The notes beneath the pieces are model-generated. The model saw nothing but the letters and a program-made list of their open reading frames with translations, was not told the DNA's origin and did no database searches. Shown piece by piece: positions 13,560 to 26,190 of a stretch of DNA of 64,000 nt. Within the stretch, counting starts at the first letter, position 1. Every line of letters begins with the position of its first letter. Both the position numbers and the translations under genes were made by a program. Origin of the DNA: Lama glama (lineage: Eukaryota); contig CM052817.1 of NCBI GenBank assembly GCA_028534125.1, forward strand, positions 54,314,001 to 54,378,000, written 5' to 3'.

Positions 13560-14105
13560 TTAGCAAAACATATATTACGTATTTCATAATTTCCCCTATA
13601 ACTCCAGTTCTATAAATATAATCTCCCCAAACACTTGTACCAAGGCACCTGTAGTATGCCCACGGTGACTGCAGCAATAATCAAAGTAGGAAAAAACTGA
13701 AAACAATGAGAAAGGCCAAGAAAAGGAGACTGAATTGTGGAACTTGTGTATAATGAATCACCACAGAACTGAGAAAAATGGGAGAAAAAAAGATTATACA
13801 TACACTAATAGGAAAAGATTTCTAAGATGAGCTTTGAAGTGACAAAAACATCTGAGAAAGTTCTGCGTAAGTCACATTTCTATTTTTAATGATATTTTAT
13901 GTGCTTTAGATGTATATACACTATATATGTATAGACATATATTACATACATAAATATACTGTTCTACATATGACTGTATATACGTATAGGAGGGGGTGGG
14001 ATTTTTACTCAATTTGATACACCTCTGTAGTATTTGACTTTTTTAATAAGAATTCATAAATTACTTTATTCATAAGTTATTTTGTAATACGTTAAAATAA
14101 AATTT
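13560..14105 (+). mobile_element. Old L1M 3' UTR fragment
   Basis: actccagttcta...ctgcagcaataatcaaagtaggaaaaaactgaaaacaa...ggaaaagatttctaagatg..aagtgacaaaaa. Confidence 0.6.
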
Positions 14106-14717
14106 ACCCAAAGGAAAATAGTAACTAATATCCCCATATTAACAAACATCTCCCTAGATTAACAGTTCTGAAAATATGCAGTGCAGCTATTCCTCAAAAT
14201 TATGTTGTTTTCAATAGATTATACATTTAACAGAATGGTTTTGCAATAAAAACTAGAACAACAATAACAAAAAATACCACACAATACTCATTATACCAAA
14301 CATAAGAATACAAAACATACATACATTTAAAAAAACCTCAATGTTATTTTGCCACAGTTGCATCCAGAGGGTGCATTTAAAGCAAACTCTTTTTAAAATC
14401 GTTACTAAATCTTTCACTTCAAAGTCATCTTAGTTCCTCAAACTAATACAGCTGCCACCACTGCGTGTCCCATCCCACCTCTCACACACAGACATCTCAA
14501 AGGGGAGAGAAAAAGAAAACTATAAACACCAACAAACAAACCTGAAGAAAGTCCTTTGGCTTTTGATGTATTATTTATTATTACAGTTGCTGTTATACAC
14601 TAGTGAAAAACAGCTTTGCAAAAGTATTTTTAAAGGAGAAAGTTGAGCAGAACTCTCCAGATGAGAGGTAGGTAGTATTCCAGAGCAAGATAAATACCTT
14701 AAGAGCAATGGACTGGT

Positions 14718-14816
14718 GGGTGGGGTGTATAGCTCAGTGAGAGAGCGCATGCTCGGCTTGCAAGAAGTCCAGGGTTCAATCCCTCGTGCCTCCATTAAGG
14801 AAGGAAAAAAAAAAAA
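14718..14816 (+). mobile_element. tRNA-Ala-derived SINE (camelid vic-1 type) with perfect 17-bp TSD
   Basis: A box tatagctcagtgagagagc, B box ggttcaatccc, A tail. TSD aagagcaatggactggt at 14701-14717 and 14817-14833, preceded by TT (TT/AAGA L1 endonuclease site). Confidence 0.92.
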
Positions 14817-14930
14817 AAGAGCAATGGACTGGTATAAATTACATTTAGTTACACCAAACAACAGGAACATTGTTCACTCAGGACCAGTCTACCACGGTCT
14901 ATCTTACAAAGAGGTACCCCAAATGACAGG

Positions 14931-15210
14931 TTCATTCATTCCACTTTTACTAAGCACTTAGTATGTGCCTGACATTATATTAGGACCTTGAAACATTAAA
15001 GCTGTACATAAAGTGTATGAAAATGCCCAACTCACTCTCCCTGCCCTCCAAAAGTAAGGGCAAAAAAAGAATAGAAATCACTAACTGCTATAATAGAGAA
15101 GAACAAGGAAGATATGGTAGAAAAGGGGAAGGTGAGAAAGGATTTACTGAGAAGGTAATATTCTAGACTAGACTTTCAAATGAGGATTAATCGGGCCAGT
15201 CAGGCTACCC
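14931..15210 (-). mobile_element. L2 3' region
   Basis: ttcattcattcc..tactaagcacttagtatgtgcctgacatt...ccctgccctc...gaaaggatttactgagaaggtaatatt. Confidence 0.7.
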
Positions 15211-15329
15211 TCTGGTAAGCAGCAAGCAGTCAGATGTGAGTAGAACAGAATTATTCCCTAGAGCAAAATGTCCAATTTAGTTTGAATCTGAGGGATGATG
15301 GCTCTGATGCATGTCCTGTCTAAAGTACA

Positions 15330-15720
15330 AGCCTAATCACCACATCACAGCTACCACATGAAAGCACTGCATCCTCCGATGGAGTTACATTAGAAAGTGC
15401 AGAACAAGCAGTTAGCCGCCCAACCCCAATCCGTGCTCCTCTTCACATGGCAGCCGGCGCCGGCTGAAAAGGAATTATCCTGAACCAGGATTCCAATAGC
15501 ATTGGCTTTTAATTATTTTGACCAACCCGACTGCTTGTATCTATCTGCCTGGAGAGTTACTGCCAGAGCACCTCCTCTGAGAATAAGCCAGCTGGCAGCA
15601 GACTGGCTCCAAAACACCTGAGCTTCACAAACCCGAGGACCAAGAGATCTAAGATTGCCCCCCTGGGCAACGTCATCATGCAGAACCACTGTCAAACTAC
15701 AGAACCAGCTCTGCCAATGT
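15330..15720. promoter_or_regulatory. Candidate cis-regulatory element or internal promoter
   Basis: Unique, GC-richer and CpG-retaining. Palindrome cagccggcgccggctg (15451-15466), CCAAT at 15426, inverted pair ccaat-agc-attgg (15493-15505), CRE half-site acgtca (15670-15675). Confidence 0.45.
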
Positions 15721-16249
15721 ATATTAATATACAAAGTGCAAGACTATTTTAGTTACTGGGTGTTTAACTATCTGTGGAGCTATATGTTTTTACAAGAGCC
15801 AACTCAAAAAAACCCAGTAAAAATTTAGCATAAAAATGTTTCATATTCCTGCTAATATTTCAAATACATATGAAATATCTTACACAGTGTAAATGATTAT
15901 CAAATGGTTGCTATTCAATGATAATAACTCAACCTCTGTAAGTTAAGGCACCATAATTTAATATTCAAAAATAGAGTGAGGCTAGAAGAGATGTATTCCA
16001 TAGCTGGAGCAAGTAAACCTATTCTAATGCCAGCTCATTCATTATTCCGGTATGAATTTCCTCAGCTTCTGAAATGAAAGACGGTGGCACGGGTGTTTGC
16101 TTAAAAATCTCTAAGACCTCTTTTAATGTAAAATAAACCAATCTTACTGAATTGTTCAGTTTAACAAACATCTAAATAAAAGTACTGATACCCAAAATCA
16201 ACAAATCTGGAGATTTTGTGTTTCCTTGACACTCTTGACCACTAACTAA

Positions 16250-16465
16250 ACAATTATGGAGGGTTTAGTGTGTGAAGCATTGTGCTAAGGGCTATGCATG
16301 TAGGTTTTTATCAAGTTTCAAAATACACCCATGAATTAGAATTACTTTTCTAACTGTATAATAGGAAGTACTGAGAAGTATCTTGAGCAAAGACTAGAAA
16401 AGAGTGAACTTGGATCAATCATTGCAAGAGTCAGTCTGATAAGAAAGCACTTAGATACTATACTG
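16250..16465 (-). mobile_element. MIR fragment
   Basis: gcattgtgctaagggctatgcatg...ccatgaattag...taggaagtactgag. Confidence 0.6.
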
Positions 16466-16957
16466 GTGGACTATAAGAGTAAAATCTTTCCAATACTACC
16501 ATCAGTACTCATTAATGAAAGAGGTGGCATGGATTAGGAATTAATATATATGCACAAAGTGGAATTTATCATGTCAAGTTAGACACAGGGAAACAGTTAC
16601 TTGATAAGCTCTAGCTAATGTAAAATACACTTTCATGATACTGTTATATTCTTTTAGTTTACCTAAAATTTGTCAGACGATTACAATAATGCATGTTCAT
16701 ATAAAATATTCATTATGATTTATACACTGACTTTCACTTAATTGTTATTCAAGTATTTTGAATTACGAGTGAAAAATAATATATGTTATCTATAAAGCAT
16801 TGCAATACATATATACAAAAAACGACTCTATATAAAATTAATTGTTCTCCTGGTGATCAAATTTAGAAATGCATAGCTAAAATAGCTCAGGTGATATGCA
16901 GAGCCTAAGAAAGAATGATACCTTTAAAATATTAGAGGTCACACCAGATGACTTTTC

Positions 16958-17133
16958 TCAGTGGTCCTCAAACTATGGTTTCTGAGCCTCTTGTATGAAA
17001 ATCAAAAGGTTTCTTTAATATGTGTATCTCTGTGCCACCAAAATACCTGCAAAATCAAATCAATCTCTTCTCAATCTGTCAAACACACCATAACACCAGT
17101 GAATCAGATGCACATAAAATTTTGAGAACCTCC
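16958..17133. mobile_element. MER5-type hAT-Charlie MITE
   Basis: Terminal inverted repeats cagtggtcctcaaa ... tttgagaacctcct; internal agtgaatcagatgcacataaaa. Confidence 0.7.
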
Positions 17134-17689
17134 TACAAACATGAAAAACAGGAAGACAAGTTTCCTCCATTTTAAGTTGTCATGAAAGTCCGTAAGGTAC
17201 TACTCGAAAGATGTATTAAAAGTCAACATTAGAGAGACCACCATATAATAAGGACTTTTCTTTTAACTACAGTAGCTAAAAGGCCTAGGACCTGCCTTGC
17301 AGCCATCTGTACTTACTAGGACATTAGCATACATTGCTATCATTAGTATGTGTACATGTGTGTACGTATATATTATATACATACATATGTGTGTTACATA
17401 TATGAATTTATGCAAGTCAGTGCTCTGCTCAAACAACTAAGGTACAGTAATATGAACAGACTTACAATTCTAAAAGACCAAAGACTCTCCAAAGGAAGCT
17501 CTGACTTCCATGGTCACATATAAAATAAGTTCACCAGGTAAATGAGAAAATAATACACATGAAGCAGACTGCTGGGCAAGTGCTCAACAGTTTTATGTGA
17601 TCATTTAAACATCAGTTTACAATGGTTTTTCATAAGAAGAGTAAATATATCATTTCCACCCAAATCAAGCATTTCAACAGAAACAAGAC

Positions 17690-19010
17690 AGACAAGAGGA
17701 AGGAAGGAGGAGAGTACCTCGACCTTCACCAAGCCCGCGCCAGCCCCCGGGAGGGGCAGGAGGGCAGCATTTCTCTGAGTCGCTGTAGCATCCCAGCTGT
17801 GCTGCTCCTCCTCATAACTCAGGGCTCGAATTCTGTCTCTACAGTAATGGGCAGGGGTGTGAAGAGAAGGAAAACAAGCCTTCCTGGTTTCATTTGTAAT
17901 TGTCACTTGTCTGCGGGTAGAAGATTCTGTCATTCCTCATTCTCAAAACCACTTCACACGCCCAGAGACAAGACATAATAAACAAGACTCGGAGGAGGTA
18001 ACCATAAAGAGGTCAGAGGCACATCTTCCTCTGAGAAGGGAGTTCAGGGTTAAGAATTCTCCGGGACTCCTGTGGACAAAAGCCAGAGCTTACACGGATC
18101 AGAGAGGTGCTTCTAAAGCACATGCCAAGAATAATCAATGCAGCCACCTGCCCGGCAAGGTAACAGCAAGAAAACAAAGGCCAATTCACCCACACCTCCA
18201 CAGGGAGAAAACGAGCCTCAAAATGTAGCCTACTTGAGCCAAAGACAAATCAGTTTTTAAAAATTAGAAACTTACCCCACTTCCTAAACATTCTATTATG
18301 AACATATGGAACAGCTTGGTAAGTGCATATATTTTCCTGTCTATTTGCAGAAAATCTCCTCTTCAAAGCTAGTTTGATTTTTGTTTTGTTTTGTTTTGTT
18401 TTTAAGGGATTATAAGAAGACCAAGAAATACAAAGGATGCCTTTGTGGCTCAGCACACTGTCTACAGACCCAGATATCATGAAGCTTTGCATTCAAACCC
18501 CAGTTGTAATGAAGTTCCACAGTAGAAGGGGTACAGTGAATGCAACCACCATGGATGTTAGCAGATTATGATACAAAGGGCAGTTATCCCACAGAGAGGG
18601 CTGGCAGTGTGACAGGGGACCAACAAACGAATACACTGAAAGGCATAATGAGCCGGATTTCCACCCTCACACCTCCCCACATACTACACAGCGAGGCAAG
18701 AAAGCCACCCAAATAACCTGCTACCCTCTATGTCCTCTACTTGCTTTTTAAGGCCGAAAACTCTAAACAGATAGACCTCTTTAAGACAGCACAGTCCTAT
18801 CCCGAGAGTGAAAATAAAAGAAAGGAGCAGAGACTCGGCCTCAAAGACCTTACAGGACTGAGCCGACTTCCGCGAGCCACACAAATGGGTGTGTAGGAAG
18901 GTTATTTTCAATCCACCTGGAATGTGGGTAACAACTACCTCATACCTCAGGTCCGACTCATTTTTGAAATGGACAAGAAAAACAGCCACCCCCATCCATT
19001 CTCTCACAGA
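17690..19010 (-). promoter_or_regulatory. Candidate internal promoter or alternative first-exon cluster
   Basis: Locally GC- and CpG-enriched unique sequence, ETS-type acttccg near 18867, minus-strand donors GGG|gtaagt (exon end 18276) and GAG|gtactc (exon end 17718). Confidence 0.4.
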
Positions 19011-19119
19011 AGGAGGCTTTTCAGAGATTTGAGAAGCTTACTGTTTGGATTTGATTGCCAACTTGAACACTGTGTGCTTGGGTAGTCTTTCATTGATCCA
19101 AATACTGTTTACTGTATTC

Positions 19120-19200
19120 TCTTTTTAATTTTTAAGGTGCACAATGTGATGATTTAATATATGCATACACTGTGAAATGATCACTGCAATTGAGCTACCA
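19120..19200 (-). mobile_element. L1MA-type 3' terminal fragment
   Basis: tttaaggtgcacaatgtgatgatttaatatatgcatacactgtgaaatgatcactgcaat. Confidence 0.7.
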
Positions 19201-22200
19201 TTCATATTCACAGTATTTTAAAGCAATTGCAATGGTGTACATTACAAATTTCACATATTACAATATAAGTACTTATAGAAGATATTGTATATATTCTATA
19301 TTAATATATAGAATCTTTGTTCTCTATTCAACTTCTTTTCCAGGTACATATGCTATTCTTGGTTTCTTCCTTATCGATATACATACAATAAAATAAAATT
19401 CTAATCAATGAAAAGCATTTCATGATAGTTTCAAATATTCAGATGTAAACAATAGTTAACTGATAACTTCTTTACTTTCATGCTATCACAATGACACCCT
19501 GAGTTGCAATAAAAAAGTCACTTAAGAGTTTGATATTTAGAGTTTATAGGAATGAAGAAGTATTTCTCAAACCCTGAAGTGTAGGAATCAGATGCAACTT
19601 TTTATGTCCACATGCATGGATCTTTCTGATCAGTGCTTCCCTTTTACCTCCTGCACTGTCCTAGAAACACATAAATTGTGAGCACCCTGACACACACCTG
19701 AACATTTACTCCTATTTCCTCAAATCATCAGCCAGTCTTTGCCCTGATGTCTGCAACTGTCAAATCTCTTGCTTTTTTTGCTGGGTAAATTGCTCTAAGT
19801 AAAAGAGAAGCTGCCATTCTACTCTTTAAAAATGAAGCTTTTGACATTTCAGCATGTTAATAGATGGATAAACTATAACAGGAACATCAACCCTGAAAGA
19901 GAACTTGACCTGAATAGTCATACACTGCACTCATGCATTTATTACTGCACTAGGAGATGAATGAGAAAAGATGAAGAGGAACCATTTTTCAAGATGCACG
20001 CTGTGATTTCTCATTACAGGGATAATCTTAAACAGTAATGATATTTCTTTAAAAGCTGAACAACTTTAAGAGTAAAACAGAATGAAAGGAATCTATGCAC
20101 TAGCACTGCTTTTCTAAGTATCCCCCCTAAATGTGAGACCAGTCCATCCTCATAATCCCAGATGCAAATTCTCCACTAAGAGATGAAATTTGTTTAAATG
20201 TCTCCTCTTCAAACAAAACACAGATAATTGGTTATTAACTGAACATTTTATTAGTTTTTAATAAACCAGTTTTATTATTTTAAGCAATCTCTTCCAAGGA
20301 AAATCAGAAATTATTCTTTTCTTCACAGGAATAATTAGTTTATAAATGTGCTTTTAAAAGAGAGTTATGAATTTAATCCATGTGGATTATACAAGTTATT
20401 CTTTTATGCTTAATGAGGAAGCAGATATTGTATCTGCCATATAAATTTGGGAAATTTTATTCAATAGATACAATTTAAGACTAGATTTTGTCCGCATTTA
20501 ACCGATTAGGGTAACAAATCTCTTTCTAAATCCAATTTGATGAATAGGAAAATCCGACCAAAGCTGTCTCACAAATTAACTCAACTGAATTTGAAAAACA
20601 TGTCTTTTACAGTCTTGTCTCAGAGTCTGTTAAAATATATAACATTCTATTCATGTTTGTTGTCTCTAACAAAGGGGGAAAAAAGGAGATTAAAATAGTA
20701 AAACGCAGGTGGAGACATCTGCAGAAGTCTCCCCAGAGTCCTAAAATGTGACTAGAAAAACCTTGCTTCTAAGGCACATTTTAGAGACCTCTGGGAATGG
20801 CTCACAGTTTATATAAGGAAAGGAAGGTTGTCCCTGAAACATTTCCTGGTGGCTCTTAATAGTGACCACTCTGGTTTTTTCTTTGAAAACATTAAGTATC
20901 TAAAGTTTAAAATGCTTCCTTTTACCTTCATTTCATGCCAAATATACCTTTTTACATTTTGCTGCACATAATTAATACCTCTCCACAACACAGCCATGTT
21001 TCTCAGAGTTTCATTCCTGATTATACCAGAGGAAGGGGAGCAATTTACAAAAAGGTCCAAGGGTGGAACTTCTCTCCCCAGTGCTCAAGAAAATCTATTC
21101 CAATCCTCGAATAGAGAAATAAATTTCAATTACCTGCAAACTATGTAAAAAATTTTTTTAAGTTTTTGCAAATGAAATTTATATTGAAGGATGTTTTGAT
21201 AATCAGGAGGTTCAATAAAGTTGAAAGGTTAAATAAGAACTAAATATGTTCAGGTAAAATGAAATGCATTTAAGTGGCATTCCGAAATAAAATTAAGGCA
21301 GCTTCTAATCTAGGATATCCCTAGGATATTATACCACATATTTTGTGATGTGTTACCTGTGTCCCGAACAACAGAACAAAAAATAAAGTAGAATCCCATT
21401 GGTTCATAATTATAAGGATCCAAAAGTTTCAGGTTCGAATCACGTTCCCTGAGTGAATACAGCTCTATGTACTAAAGACATGTTACACACCTAGTTTATA
21501 ATAAATAAATTAGTTCTATCAGCAATATTAGTATTATTTACATCAGAGGTAAAATTTCACAATGTATTATTTTTCATTTAATTTACAAGAGTCTATGAGT
21601 CTAAAGAAAATAAAGTTTTAATAAATATTTCCATGTGCTTATAACTTGGACTCAAACAAGCCACTTTTATCTACGGTTTATTGACAAGGAGACAGCTTTT
21701 TAAGTCAAGATAGCCATAGGTACCTTGCCTCATGTTCCTGAAGGAGAGGAAATAAATCGCATCATTTTGCTTATTTGTAAAGTACACTATTTATTACATG
21801 GGTGAGAAGTTCACCCGTTAATGGAATACAGATTCTTTCACCATGCCAGCAACCCAATTGTCAGGGTCTTCAAAGACAATAAATTCTTTAACCTTGATCT
21901 AACAGGTTAATAGCATGTTTTTCAAGACAAAATCCACAGAGCTTGAGATGACAGCTTTATTTTCATTGAAGCTTACTTTATACACTTTTTTCCAATTGAA
22001 TTATATGAAAAGTAGAATGAAATAACACACTACTTTTAACAGAATTATGGAACAACTTAACTTTCTTCACATGTAAGTGTGCATGTTTATAAGTTAAAAG
22101 CAACTTCAGATATATAACATAATAGGAAAGAGCAATTTTAATTTAATCTGATTAATTTTAGTGATATTTTTATTTTTTTTCTCTCAAACCCTAACCATTT

Positions 22201-23319
22201 ACTTATCTGAAACAATGTTCCTATAGTTCACTTTGGTCATTAGCATCGATCAGCAAAAGAGCTTATATTTAAGACTTATTAAAACCATAATTATCTACAA
22301 AACCCCAACTATGTTAAACTCTTTCTTATTGTATGTAGTTTTTAAGAGAAAAATAAATCACAACAAAGCATATTATAAATTATTAGTCTTAAAACACTAT
22401 CACCTAGTGTAGGTCCTGGACTCAAGAGATAAGTCACTAATTTCACCCAGAACCTGTAATTTACAATTAAAAGCTTCATATTTCAAAAATAAAAAAGGTC
22501 CTCAGGTTCTGTAAGAATCTCTGTCAAAGAGGATATATCATTTTTATAATGCCCTACTTGAAAATTAAAGTGCTAAAGCATTTTAGAAATATTTTAATAC
22601 AACTGAAAAATTGAAGTAACTGGCTCAAACTATAAATCTGAAGCTCCTTTAAATCAGGATACTTAATTACCCAAGAATTCCATTTATTAGTGATTTCTTG
22701 TAAGTTTGAATATCAAATATTTGCATTCTTAATAGTGGCACAGGCTCACTAAAGATTTCCTTTTTAGGATGTAATCAAGATATAGTCTGCTTTTAAGTCA
22801 ATTTGTGATGTTAGTGCAAAATAGAAATAATAGATTTCCAGGTGTTCTCTCCTATTCATAGGTGTTAATTCCTCTTCCTACTTCACTTGCAAAGTACATG
22901 TGATTATCTTCTACTTTGAACAAATGCTTATTTAAAGTAAATGATTTAAATTTTTTTGGAATGAAGTCTTTAGAGAGAGTAAATTTTAACAAAAATTTAG
23001 CCTAATTAAGCCAAAAAAATGTGTCTACTGCCAAACTGGAGGATAGATTTAGAAATCCATGATGGATTTAAAGCCATATAAATATCTCCTCTGTGAAGAG
23101 GACATATACTAAGATTTTTACAAGATTCATTCCAGTGAAAAGAATGCCAAGACATAATCCAATGTTTGGATAGTTTAAACTGGTGGAAGGGCAGTTTGTT
23201 CTAAAACTGCTCTCAAGGTTCTTACCTTGGTGGTATTTTCATTAAAAACAGATCAAACAATAATTTACCTTCACTTACAGAGGGAGCACTCTATAATTGT
23301 TTATCTACTGAAGTAAACA

Positions 23320-23760
23320 TAGTCCCTTACCTTTAGGGACCTTACAAGCTAGAGGCAAAACAAGAACACAAAACTAAAATACAAGACTGAGGTAAACTCT
23401 TTAATAGCGATATGAACAGGGTTTTCTAGAATTTCAGAAGAGGAACACTTACCCCTATACCTCGGGCTTCAGGGAAGACGCCCAGGAGGAGAATATACCT
23501 GAACTGAATAATGAAGAGTGAGTTTGAGCTGCTGAGGTCAAGAAACATGAGAATGGCACTCCTAGTAGAGGAAAGAACAAGACCCAAGAGAGAGTAACAC
23601 GGAAGAGCGGAGAGCAGGACTCCTGTGGTTGTTTATTATGAATAGAAGTGTGAGGAGGGAAGTAACCAGTGAAATAGTCTGACAGAGAACAAGTCAGATG
23701 ATAGGAGCAATTGTGATACACAGTCTATAACACAATGAAGGCTTTGGATATTGTCTTAGT
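23320..23760 (-). mobile_element. L2 fragment
   Basis: atagtcccttacc..cttacaagctag...tcagggaagacgcccaggaggag..cctgaactga...gcactcctagtagaggaaaga...aggctttggatatt. Confidence 0.75.
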
Positions 23761-23981
23761 AAACAAATGTGCTCAATATTGAAAGCCCGGTTGGATGCTA
23801 AAAGGTGGCAATAACTATTGTCCTATTAATATGGTTGTTCCCATTTGTGGCTATGACTCTAGGAAGTTTTCAGTACACATAATAAGAGATTTAAGCTAAA
23901 AGGCATTATACCTTCTAGTAGGCAGTGATAATATAAGAAGAAGAAATGTCACTTGCCCTCATGGATATCACAGGAAAAAAT

Positions 23982-24188
23982 GGTGTTTCTCAATGGGGCA
24001 CCAAGGGCAAATATGGGGGAAAATTCGTTGTTCTAGGAGCCTGAAGTAGGCATTGCAAAATGTTCAACATCCCTGTGTGTCAGTCACTAAATGCCAATGG
24101 CAACTCCCAGTCGATGTGGCAAAGGAAAATGTTCTTGCATGTTTTCAAATGCTGCAGGTGTGGTCCATTCTATTGAAGAATTACTGGT
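23982..24188. mobile_element. MER20-family hAT-Charlie MITE
   Basis: gtgtttctcaatggggcac...gcattgcaaaatgttcaacatccct..cactaaatgcca...ttgaagaattactg. Confidence 0.7.
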
Positions 24189-24287
24189 CTGGATGACAAA
24201 TGTTCATTAAAATGTCCTTTTCCCAGTTAGAAGTTAGAAACCAAGTTTGTAAAGCACAGGGTCTATATTAGTTTAATATAAATCTAT

Positions 24288-24525
24288 GATATAATCAGAG
24301 AAAGGACAGGTTTTAAATTCAGAAAGAACTAAATTCACATTTCAGTTCTATCATATACTAACTACATAGTGGTAAGAAAGTTCAGTTCATTTCTCTAAAC
24401 CTCAGATTCTCCACACATAAAAGCAGGCAATAATACCTGTCTTACAGGGTTGAAACGATGAATAAATAAAGAGCACATGTAAATAGCCTGATAAATTATA
24501 GATGCTCAATACACATTTGTAGAAA
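24288..24525 (+). mobile_element. MIR SINE
   Basis: ttctctaaacctcagattctccacacataaaa..aataatacctgtcttacagggttg...atgctcaata. Confidence 0.8.
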
Positions 24526-24889
24526 TTACACTTGAAATGCCTTACTTTACAGCAGCTGAAACAACGTCCACAACATCTAAGAGACTTATTCACTCCTAAG
24601 GAACAGTGAATGTGCCCACCTTTGTAAGCAACAATAGCATGAGGAAGCTTCAAATTTTATGCTCCTATTTTCCCAAGTCAAGAAAGAAAAGACTCGTCTG
24701 AAATTGCAATGTATGCATTTGAGTTAGAAAAATGACTAAACTCTGCAAGTAATTACATAGATTTAAAAATCCATATTAGCAATTTATATCTAGAAATGTT
24801 AGAAACTATTATTTATAGGTGAAATTAGTTTTATTTAGGATGTATGTTTCTCTAACCCTCAATTCCATAATGCTTAATAATTGTCTAAA

Positions 24890-25400
24890 TAAAAACTTAA
24901 ATGTCCATATAGCAGGACCGTCATAAACAAGGTTGAAAGTCTAAATGGAAAAATAATTTCTAATCAATGATAGACAAAGTTTTAATAACCCAAGTGTTAA
25001 GAAAAAGCTCTTATAAACTGAGCAAAAGGTGATCATAGAAAAAATTCATCTATAAAAATGTAAAGAGAAGGAAAAAACACTGGGAAAATATGTAAAATAG
25101 TTTTAACTTCATTTTTAAATACAATTTATTGAAACATAATTGGTCGTAATTTTTTGGCTATCATACAGTTCAAAGTTAAAAGATTGAGAATTCAGTGTCA
25201 TTGCCAAGCATCAAGGAAGGGAAGCATTTTAGATACTATTGGAAGGAAAGTCTACCAGAACAAGTTTTCTGATAATCATGTTGGCTGGATATGTTAAACT
25301 CTACAATATGTACTTTTTATCTTGAAATTTTACTTTGAGGTTTTTATCCTATGGTTATTAGACGAGTACCAAAGTACATGGAAAGTCTTCTCTCCACCAT
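24890..25400 (+). mobile_element. Old L1 (L1ME-like) ORF2 end fragment
   Basis: cataaacaaggttgaaag..aatggaaaaataattt..gacaaag...gaaaaagctcttataaact...tactattggaaggaaagt. Confidence 0.55.
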
Positions 25401-25864
25401 CACACCCTCTCTTTAGCAAAGTGGTACACATACTGTCTCCACTGTCCCTGCTAAGTACACAGTCTGCATTACCCCTCCGCTTTAACCTAACTAATCAGAA
25501 AAGCAGAAGCCACTTGACTCATGCTGACCAAATACTGTTTCTCTCCACAGAATTTGGAAATAAAAAATGAAAACTTTCATCAGTCTTAAATCATGAGCAT
25601 ATGTAGGAGTAGAACAACCATTTCCCACCATATACACAGTTGTAAAGTCAGCCAGCAGATGCCAAAGACAAGTTAAGACAACAAAATGTGCCTCAAAGTG
25701 AACCCAATTTATTTCTTGATTCAGGCGTTAAAGAAGACCCAAAGGCACTGAATATCCTGAGGTGCTCTGAGGTGCACCTGTCTCCTGATGTGCTCAGACA
25801 GCCTGAATAGCTCTCTCCTGACACCAAACGAGTAAGACAGTAATTCCTCTGCTTTATTTACGAT

Positions 25865-26190
25865 TTTAGAAGACTGGAAACACCTCTTTATGCCCACCAT
25901 TAGAAAATCAGTTAAATATCTGAACCCAGTATAGTCACACAAAGAGAACACAGACCTATATTTACTGTCCTAGAAGATGGTCACAACATACATTGAGTAT
26001 AGAAAAAAGTTTACTGAACACCATCAATTCAATCTATGAAAACAGAGAGACATCTGAAATGACAGCGACCTAAATTTAGGGAAATTTATTTTTGTAGAGA
26101 TGTCAGGTGATTTTATTCTCCTCTATAATTTTCTGCATTGTTAGTTTTTCATTGAGCATCTATCGTTTTTTAATAAATCAGGAAAAATCA
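25865..26190 (+). mobile_element. Old L1 (L1ME-like) 3' UTR and end
   Basis: agactggaaacacctc..atgcccaccattag...aggtgattttattctcct..ttttctgcattg..tgagcatctatcgttttttaataaatcaggaaaaa. Confidence 0.6.

Noticed and set aside
14718..14793. tRNA-Ala gene
   Set aside because: A tail, 17-bp TSD, mismatched stems and no oligo-T terminator show a retroposed SINE, not a tRNA gene.
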